From assembly GCA_964016885.1 (NCBI GenBank), contig OZ024742.1, positions 339,264,001 through 339,328,000 on the forward strand: a DNA stretch of 64,000 nt, written 5' to 3'. This DNA comes from Eledone cirrhosa. Lineage: Eukaryota. Made by a program: the position numbers and the translations under genes. Below, piece after piece: positions 54,599 to 64,000 of the stretch; position 1 is the first letter of the stretch; each line of letters opens with the position of its first letter. The notes beneath the pieces were generated by a model. It did not search any database. It was not told the origin of the DNA and worked only from the letters and a program-made list of their open reading frames with translations.

Positions 54599-54681
<83 letters not shown>

Positions 54682-55073
54682 GAGGTTATATTTAATTTGT
54701 TGGGATTCAACAAGCTTAAAATTTTTTATAACTGATATAAAGCACTCAACAGTATATACAGGAAGCTCCAACCGTTAAGGTTGTCTTTTTTTCCGGGTAT
54801 GTCAATATTTATTTATAAAACAAATCTGTATTTTATCTGATGAAAGCGCACCATAATTTGCCTTGGTGGCCCTTGAAATATGTATAATAAAATAAATATG
54901 GTTTTATAAATATAGTTTCCATTTATTAATATATTGTGTATATACATATACATATATATATATATATATATGATATGTATATATATATATACCCTCCTTA
55001 CTATCCTTGCTTTCATATTTCTCATTGCTCCCCTTTTCTCATTGTATTTGTATAAAAACAAGTACATAGATAC

Positions 55074-56155
55074 AAGGAGAAAGGGAGAGCAAGGAGTGTA
55101 AGGAGAAAAGGAGAGCAACAAGAGCAACGAGAAAAGGAGAATATGGAGAGCAAGAAGAGGAAGGAGAAAAGGAGAGCAAAGAGAAAAGGAGAGCAAAGAT
55201 AAAAGGAGAGAAAAGATAAAAGGAGAGCAAAGATAAAAGGAGAGCAAGGAGAGCAAGGAGTAAAGGAGAGCAAGGAGAGCAATGAGAAAAGGAGAGCAAT
55301 GAGAATAGGAGAAGAAGAATAAAAAGAGAGCAATGAGAAAAGGAGAGCAGTGTGGAAAGGAGCGCAAGGATAAAAGGAGAGTAAGGAGAGCAAGGAGAGG
55401 AAGGAGAAAGGGAGAGCAACGAGAAAAGGAGAGAAAGGAGAACAAGAAGAGGAAAGAGAAGAGGAGAGCAAGGAGAGCAAGGAGTAAAGGAGTGCAAGGA
55501 GAGAAATGAGAAAAGGAGAGCAATGAGAGCAAAAGAGAAAAGGAGAGCAATGAGAGCAAAAGAGAAAAGGAGAGCAATGTGAAAAGGAGAGCAGGGATAG
55601 AATGAGAGCAAGGAGAGGAAGGATAAAAGGATAGCAAGGAGAGGAAGGATAAAAGGAGAGCAAGTGGAGCAATGAGAAAAGGGGAGCAAGGAGAGCAAGG
55701 AGACAAGGAGAGCAAGGAGAGCAAGGAGAAAAGGAGAGCAAGGAGAGGAAGGAGAAAGGGAGAGCAACGAGAAAAGGAGAGAAAGGAGAACAAGAAGAGG
55801 AAAGAGAAGAGGAGAGCAAGGAGAGCAAGGAGTAAAGGAGTGCAAGGAGAGAAATGAGAAAAGGAGAGCAATGAGAGCAAAAGAGAAAAGGAGAGCAATG
55901 AGAGCAAAAGAGAAAAGGAGAGCAATGTGAAAAGGAGAGCAGGGATAGAATGAGAGCAAGGAGAGGAAGGATAAAAGGATAGCAAGGAGAGGAAGGATAA
56001 AAGGAGAGCAAGTGGAGCAATGAGAAAAGGGGAGCAAGGAGAGCAAGGAGACAAGGAGAGCAAGGAGAGCAAGGAGAAAAGGAGAGCAAGGAGAGGAAGG
56101 AGAAAAGGAGAGCAAGGAGAGGAAGGAGAAAAGGAGAGCAAGGAGAGCAAGGAGG
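55074..56155. repeat. Purine-rich GGAGAGCAA-type minisatellite with a ~348-bp higher-order duplication
   Basis: The block starting at 55391 recurs at 55739. Confidence 0.9.
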
Positions 56156-56159
56156 GGTT

Positions 56160-56833
56160 AAGGTAAATATTGCTCAAGTTATGCTGGAAGCAGACAAAGG
56201 TGAAGAAAAGGAAAAAGAAAAAGAAGAAAAGTCTTTTGTAACTCCAGGTACAAAAACTTTCTTCACAAGATTTTCTATCAGCACCGATTTCCTCGACAAA
56301 GACCCTTCAACATTGAAGGATGATCCTGATTACAAAAGTGGACTTGAAAAACTGGAGAAGACAGTTGTTGTGAATGATGTTACAGGATTACAATAACATT
56401 CTCACAAAAGATGAAACTGAGAAACAAATTGTTTTACAGATCGTTACCAAAAACCGTAAAACATACCCAACTGCTACTAAATCATCTCTTATGCAAAAAT
56501 AATTGTTTCTACAGTTAGCACAAGACCAGCAATTACCCCAGTGCATTACTGCTACTTTATTTTATCGACTCCGTAAGGATGAAAGGCAAAGTTAACCTCG
56601 GCGGGATTTGAATTCGGATCGTAAAGGGGTGTAACTCTATGCCGGAAAGCATGGCGTCCAACCCTCTACCGATACTGCCAATCCACCACCCTTTTATGCA
56701 AAAATAATTGTTTCTACTTTTGGCACAAGGCCAGCAATTATCCCATTGAAATGAAATTTTGCACACCCCGTGTTTTTCTTGATTGGAATAGGGCGTGGGA
56801 GCAGCAACATTTTAACTTTCGGAAAATTACCTA
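56160..56833 (+). mobile_element. DNA transposase C-terminal remnant (possibly hATm-like) with nested SINE
   Basis: FLDKDP, VVVND, then DYNNILTKDETEKQIVLQIV..RKTYP in another frame. The end resembles 54500-54541 of a TAGGGT..ACCCTA-bounded segment (54192-54541). SINE at 56500-56689. Confidence 0.5.
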
Positions 56834-56850
56834 TTGCTAAGGGCTACCAT

Positions 56851-56881
<31 letters not shown>

Positions 56882-56911
56882 ATATACATACACACACACA
56901 TACATACACAC

Positions 56912-57258
56912 ATGGTGGTTGCCAACTGGTTTTCGAGTACGACCACTACTTTATATCCATGTAGGAGAACCCCTACCGATGCGCTGAACAAGTGTGACTT
57001 TTTAGTCCAGCCTGCGACTTGAAAACTCTGGTACAAACACTACACTTGTGACAATTATTGACACATAGTGCGGGGCCCATGGTACCATGTGACGACAAGT
57101 GCAGAGAGATCTCCAGATATAAAGCAATGCCTGTGTCGTGAAGCTTTTATAACACCTGCAACCCTGATGGTATCCAATGATGTTGACTTGTTCTTCTTTT
57201 TGGTAAATATCATCTTGGTTAAGTGAGTGGGACTGGCTTTGTGCAGTGCCTTTGCTCA
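56912..57258 (-). mobile_element. RTE derivative family 2 fragment with 5' inversion
   Basis: 56912-57148 is revcomp of ~32345-32582; 57149-57258 is a plus-strand copy of ~32233-32342. Confidence 0.75.
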
Positions 57259-57387
57259 CATACACACATATACACATACATACATACATACATACATACA
57301 CACATACTTCCTTCCATATCTATCTATCTAGTTAAATTTTTATCTAACTGTTCTTCATAAAGGAAAATCGATAACATTTATCTATTA

Positions 57388-58267
57388 CTAGCAGTAAAGC
57401 CCGGCGTTGCTCGGGGTCGCTCAGTAGCTGTGTTAAAGTTACAATGTTAAGTTTCTTTTTTGGCTTAAAGTCTGTCTGCACGACTGTCTGTCTGCACGCC
57501 TAACGAAATTTACAGATACATATATTTTAAATAAACTTATATAAATTTTGCTTTTTTTAACGAAATATTTGCTTGTTTTACGTAGTCTTTAAATAGACTT
57601 GTTTTCAAGTAAAAATATTGTTTTAAAAGGCTTTTAAATGGAAATGAAGCAAAACGGAAGCTTAGTGTTCGAACTGATGAATTTTGCAGGTCAAAATTTT
57701 GCTGGCTCGACAACTGTTCGTGTATTGTGTTAATGTCATTTTAAACACTGAGAAAGCCAGCGTAATTTTTTTAATTTTTGCACGCAGAAAATGTAAACAG
57801 AACGTAAGACGCTCAATGTAAACAGAACAAAGGGAAATAACTCGTCACTTACGCTCAAAAATCGATACATTAGATTCGATTTCGTCACATAGCGTGGGTC
57901 AATTTGAAATATTTTTTTTCCGATGTCTTCGCTAGGGCTCAATGTACAAGTATAGCAATTTCGGTGCAATTCCGTCAGAGATTCTAAGAGGAGATGTGTG
58001 CCAAAAATCGATAGACAGACAGACAACCACGGCTTTATATATATAGAACAAAGGGAAATAACTCGTCACTTACGCTCAAAAATCGATACATTAGATTCGA
58101 TTTCGTCACATAGGGTGGGTCAATTAAAATATTTTTTTTCCGATGTCTTCGCTAGGGCTCAATGTACAAGTATAGCAATTTCGGTGCAATTCCGTCAGAA
58201 ATTCTAAGAGGAGATGTGTGCCAAAAATCGATAGACAGACAGACAACCACAGCTTTATATATATAGA
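57388..58267 (-). mobile_element. Non-autonomous Helitron
   Basis: Minus strand: A^TC start, 3' hairpin CCCGAGCAACGCCGGG, then CTAG^T; the 5' ~221 bp is tandemly duplicated. Confidence 0.8.
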
Positions 58268-58416
58268 TTTCTTTAAAGTTACATTTTAAACTTATCTCCG
58301 TTTAAATAATAATTTATCTGGTTGATTTCTACGGACTAAGGAGAAAAATTAGGTAAATTTTATCTAACGCTTCCTCAAACTTATTATTTTATATGTATAT
58401 ACATACACACACACAG

Positions 58417-58505
<89 letters not shown>

Positions 58506-58818
58506 GAGAGAGAGGGAGAAGGTGAAGTTGGAAATAGCACTGAAAATATATTTTAGGGTCTGTTCTTCTTTTTTTTTTCTTTCTTTGATTCGTCATTACA
58601 TTATTGAAAAGATGACATTATTGAAAGAATGAGAGGGACAATTCTTTTAAAAAATAGTTTTATAATGTATATAAAGTATATAATGTATTACCAGTTTCGA
58701 TGTATTATTAAAATTCATCTAAATTTACACCAGTTGATTTCATTCATGTATGAAACTAACGCCAGATTGCAACATGGGAAATTACAATACACACACACGC
58801 ACACTCACACCGCGCGCG

Positions 58819-58860
<42 letters not shown>

Positions 58861-59160
58861 AGTATATATTGGTTGTTTACCGACACCTCAGTATGCAGAT
58901 TGGAGCACTCGACGAGATACGCATGTTGGTTTGGTTACTCCAATGTAAAATAATTAAGTCAAATATTTAAAATTGGCTTCGTCTATTAAAGATGTACTGT
59001 TATATATATTTCGGTGACAGCCATCATTGGCTGTGACCTCTTCAGGCAGTTCGAATTGGTGTGGTAGAGACAGGTACACATGTTGTTAAAGTGTTTTACT
59101 CCGTCAATACTCCGATATGTCCAGCTCTTGGTTGGGTTGTTATTTCTCTGAGGAGCTGGA

Positions 59161-59239
<79 letters not shown>

Positions 59240-59266
59240 TTATATATATATATTTATATATATATA

Positions 59267-59343
<77 letters not shown>

Positions 59344-59357
59344 TGATGTGTGTGTGC

Positions 59358-59449
<92 letters not shown>

Positions 59450-59789
59450 TTGTTTCAGTTTCAATAAATCTCCAATGTTTTAGAGAAGAGAATGTGAATT
59501 CTTCGATATTCATGTCGTTATCGTTGTTTAGCAACAGATCCGCTGTGATCGATCATGCCTTTTACGATATTTATATTCTTCCCAGGAGCATTAGAGATGT
59601 AAATAACATTGCTTTCAAGCAGGAAAACGACTGTATCACAGACAGTTCTCGCCTGAGGGATCAACTCTTGCTGTACGCTTCTCACCAATACCTAAGATAA
59701 CTATTGATTGTTCGCTTAGGCATAAAGTAAATTTCAGAAAGAGTAAAGCGCACTCAATTCCATGGACTTCAACATACGAGTAACGGTGT

Positions 59790-60030
59790 TGCTGTCGCTG
59801 GAGTTCCGTCGGTTTCGACGACTATTGTTCAAGTTTGATCAACAGAACAGCAAATTGTTAAAATTATCGCGCAAGTAACAGACCATCCTACAGACACGTG
59901 TACACCTATGAAAATTCTCAGGGAGATTCAGTATAACCCGATGTGTGTGAATCACAGTTACAGCTCATTTTCCCAGCAGAATGGAGAAGAGCAACATGAA
60001 ACAAAGTCTCTTGCGCACGGACACACTAAA
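59790..60030 (-). mobile_element. Probable degraded SINE of a second type
   Basis: CAGACACGTGTAC..GGGAGATTCAG..GAGCAACATGAAACAAAGTCTCTTGCGCACGGACACA resembles SINE-like repeats; recognised from memory only. Confidence 0.4.
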
Positions 60031-60602
60031 ACATGATAATGGTCATTGTCATAAAATCCACTGCTCTTAAAGGTTTCTAATTTAGGCACTAGGCCAATAA
60101 TTTTGGGGGAGAGGAAATACAATTTAATCGATGCGTTACTGGTACTTTATTTTATCGACCCCCGTAAGGATGAAAGGCAAAGCTAACCTTGGTGAGATTT
60201 AAACTCAGAATTAAATACCGCAAAGCATTGAACATTTATTATTTTCTTCAAACGAGCACTATTCCCACAGTTTTAAAGGCACTTGCTACCTCACCCCTGA
60301 TCTAGATTATAAGTTCAATGACACTTCGTTATCATGGGACACCGAAAATGCTCTTAATATAATCTTGTCGTTAAGTAGTTAAATAATACATTCTTTGTCA
60401 ATGAATCACAGTGTCAGAGTATGTTTATTGAATGAAAAAGGTCCGTGTAGAAGAGCAACAGATTTACGGATTTTGTTGCTTTTAGCTTGATAAAAAAAAT
60501 TTGTGTCAAGTGAAAATAGAATGTGTGACGGATACTCGGTCGGTTTCAATAATGAACATTCAATGAACTGAACGTCTGACACGTTAAATTAACATACCTC
60601 TA

Positions 60603-61017
60603 CTCACAGGTTTCGAATAGGCCCCGATCCCGCTTATTAATTTTTTAGATCTTTTCCCATACCCCCTACTCTTATTCCACACCCCCGCTTATTCAATTTT
60701 GCTAATCTATCTCCGGCGAATTTTTATTTTAAGTGGTAGTGTTCCGGCAACAATTAATTTTATTTAGACATTAAAAACCATTATACATAACAAAAAAAGT
60801 ACATTACTAGAAATTCCATATGTTATAAAATAAATAGGATGGGTTGGGGTCTCAATATGTAAACTAAACGACTAATTCTGGTTTTTAAAAAATCAACGGA
60901 GACAACCTAGAACAATTACCAATTTTCCAATCCCCTGCTTATTCCATCTCCCTCGATTATTCCCCCCCCCCCCCGCTTAACCCCCACACCCCAGCCTATT
61001 ATTTGGGACCCGAGAGA
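60603..61017. mobile_element. Possible old MITE
   Basis: Imperfect TIRs CTCACAGGTTTCGAATA and CTCTCGGGTCCCAAATA, with internal CCCCGCTTATT repeats. Confidence 0.35.
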
Positions 61018-62196
61018 AAATGATAAATTTATCATATTTTAAACTAATTTATATTGCTATATTTTTGCATTTGTCTTGCAAGATTCTTTGTGTGAAATTT
61101 GGTGTTGGAATAGATGTTGTATTTTGGGAGCCTATACTGCAAGATGGAATAACGGAGGACGAAAAACAGGCGGAAAGGAAATAATTATCAATAAGGTCAC
61201 ATGGGGTGGCGAAAGATCCTTGTATATATTTAATTTAATTATACAAATTTGAATAAAACTGTGATCATTTAAGGTTCAACAATGCGCCTCTCTGTGGTCT
61301 GTAGTCTAGGTGACTGCCTGTTTGGTTTTAATGGCAGTCCTGGCTCTTGATAGAAGTAATGGTAATAAGGATATTAAAGTTAAAATTCGATGGAAATAGA
61401 TTTAATGTAAACTTCCTAAATTTTTTAAAACCTAATTGTAAAGGATTTAACTCTGGCGGTGTACATATCTCTATAATCAACCAGCTTAGTAAAGTAAATA
61501 ACTCTGGTTGTGTACATATATCTATAATCGCCCCGCTTACTTCTACCATTATCATAAATACTGTTTGGTGCCAAAGTTGCTATTGGTAATCAAACGAAGC
61601 AGTAATTATGACAGAACTCCATAATACATTCCTTGGAAATCTAATAAAATATATCCCATTGCCTTTGTATCTTTTCCTAATTTTCAGTATGTATAATGGA
61701 AATGGTCAATATAAATTAGTTTAAAGTATAATAAATTTAAAATTTAGAGGAATGAAATTCCTATTTTCTCTCTATTAAAATGACAGAGAAGGGAAATTGA
61801 AAATTATTTTAACATGATCTGGCAGACGACCATTGCAGGTCTTTCATTTTACATTAACAAACAATGCCTTCTGTTTCACGTTCAACATGACATAATCTCC
61901 TTATAATATATAACCAGCAATTTCTCAGTCTGTCTGTCCGACAGTGGAAACACGTGCGCGCGTGGTTGCTATCTCTCTCTCTCTCCAGCTATCCCTCTCT
62001 TTTAGTCTGTCTGTTTCTCTCACTCTCACTCTTTCTCTTTGTAACACACTAACATTCCTCCCCTCTATCGATGTGACGAATGGGGAGATGGAGGAGGAGG
62101 AGGAGGAGGAGAGGAGGAAGAGGAGAGAGTCACTTCGTCACTTCACCTCTGCCTTTCTTTCTCTCCCCTCTCACTCCCTCATTACGTACAGACATT

Positions 62197-62386
62197 AGGG
62201 CGGTGGATTGGCAGAATCTGTAGAGAGTCGGACACCATGCTTCATAGCAGGAGTTACGTCCCTTTACGGTCTGAGTTCCAATACCGCCAAGGTTAACTTT
62301 GCCTTTCATCCTCACGGGGTCGATAAAATAAAGTACCAGTAATGTACTGGGTAATTGCTGGCCTTGTGCCAAAAGTAGAAACAATT
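62197..62386 (+). mobile_element. Meta-domain SINE, complete copy
   Basis: GGCGGTGGATTGGCAGAATC..GAGTTC..GCCTTTCATCCTCACGGGGTCGATAAAATAAAGTACCAG..TAGAAACAATTA. Confidence 0.8.
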
Positions 62387-62908
62387 ATTAGAAACATTGC
62401 TTCATTTTTACAGATCTAAGCATTAGTAAAATAACTAATAATTTCAAAAGTAATTTTTCAATTCCAATTGTTATGAACAGCAAAACATTAATAATAATTT
62501 TGTTCTAAGAAATATATATACATTTCTGTGTGTGTAATATATATATAGACTAGCAGAAAACCACCCGGTGGGTGGTTTTCTGCTAGTCTGTATTATAATA
62601 ACTGTATTAGATTTTGTGGCCCGTCTGTCACACACATAGACAAGGATATGATAAAATTGGTCTAAATTATCATTTAGAATTCATAAAATACAAAAAGACA
62701 AAAACGGTGTGTGTGTATGTATATGTGTGTGTGTGTGTATGTGTGTGTGTGTATGTGTGTGTGTATCTGTGTGTGTGTGTGTATGTGTGGGCGTAGGGGG
62801 GCGTGACAAATGTACATATTCAAAATTGGATTCATTCATGCTAGAATTTAGCGTTAGTTTTCTTTCCTTTTCGTCCTTTCTATCAATCTAATTACCCCCC
62901 TCTCTCTC

Positions 62909-62945
<37 letters not shown>

Positions 62946-63082
62946 CTGTTTCTCACTCTCTCTATATATATATATGTGTATACATATATATATGTATATA
63001 TATACATATATATGCATATATATATGCATATATATATATGCATATATATATGCATTTATATATATGCATATATATATGTTTA

Positions 63083-63152
<70 letters not shown>

Positions 63153-63232
63153 TATATATATATGTATATATATATGTATATATATACATATATATGCATA
63201 TATATATGCATATATATATGCATATATATAAA

Positions 63233-63302
<70 letters not shown>

Positions 63303-63387
63303 TATATATATATGTATGCATTTATATATATGTATATATACATTCATATATATATATATATATATATATGCATATATATATATATGC

Positions 63388-63419
<32 letters not shown>

Positions 63420-63434
63420 TATATTATTTTTATA

Positions 63435-63820
63435 TAAATAAATAAAAAAATAAACAGACTAAATAAAGATGGCGTAGGCATACAATACAACGGGAGGAAA
63501 CATAATAGCACCCCTGACGATGTTGCAGATGTGCAACGAAAGAACTTTGTTAGACTATATATATGTGTTTGTGTCTATATTATATCTGTATTTTTGACCG
63601 TTGATCAGTCAATGGTAAACATTGAGGACCGAATAAAAAAAAAAGAATTAAATTAACCGATATAAAAGACACAGAAGCGCAAACCAACCAAACAGTGAGT
63701 GTGTTCTGTTATTAATTCTGGCAATACTATTACACAAATATGACCCTCCCCAAGTATAACAATATCTGTTTCGACACGATTTCATATCAAAAACCTCGCA
63801 AAACTAATTCATCGCCGTTA
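63435..63820 (+). mobile_element. Diverged pseudo-LTR of the 4346/36408 PLE family, with HHR
   Basis: CTGACGA t gttgca gatg tgcaac GAAA gaactt at 63514-63547; ends with CCCTCCCCAAGTATAACAATATC like 37293-37315. Confidence 0.7.
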
Positions 63821-63886
63821 TATATATATGCATATATATATATATATATGGACATATATACATATATATATGCGTGTGTGTATGTT

Positions 63887-63971
<85 letters not shown>

Positions 63972-64000
63972 GTGTATGACAGTGTGCATTACTAAAAGTA

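Noticed and set aside
54813-56177. Long Leu/Ser/Pro-rich ORFs (355-454 aa) on the minus strand
   Set aside because: Open in all three frames because a pyrimidine-rich minisatellite lacks stop codons; no domain signal.
61328-61589. Overlapping short ORFs with a 51-bp-period direct repeat
   Set aside because: No recognisable homology or splice support.
62892-63445. [12 protein letters not shown] and HTYI ORFs here and throughout the window
   Set aside because: Translations of (TA)n, (TG)n and (TATG)n microsatellites.

Overview
Eukaryotic, AT-rich, microsatellite-saturated DNA with no clear host gene. The repeat content (a Meta-domain tRNA SINE, long (TA)n/(TACA)n/(CA)n tracts) suggests a cephalopod, probably an octopus; this is inference. 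Nearly everything is transposon-derived. LINEs include fragments of Tx1/L1, CR1/Jockey, RTE and R4/Dong types, plus one near-complete RTE and one near-complete R4/Dong. There are several Penelope-like elements (PLEs; RT and/or GIY-YIG), non-autonomous RTE derivatives, Helitron- and piggyBac-like elements, and a 200-N gap at 19892-20091. Two systems stand out. (1) About a dozen different minimal hammerhead-ribozyme (HHR) motifs, some with core variants or very long stem II, carried by PLE ends and by ORF-less fold-back mini-elements in (TA)n tracts. (2) A nesting chain in which RTE-family elements end in (GTAT)n tails, and all four R4/Dong insertions lie in such tracts. Most ORF-track entries are microsatellite artefacts. 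Coordinates were read by eye and element ends are approximate.
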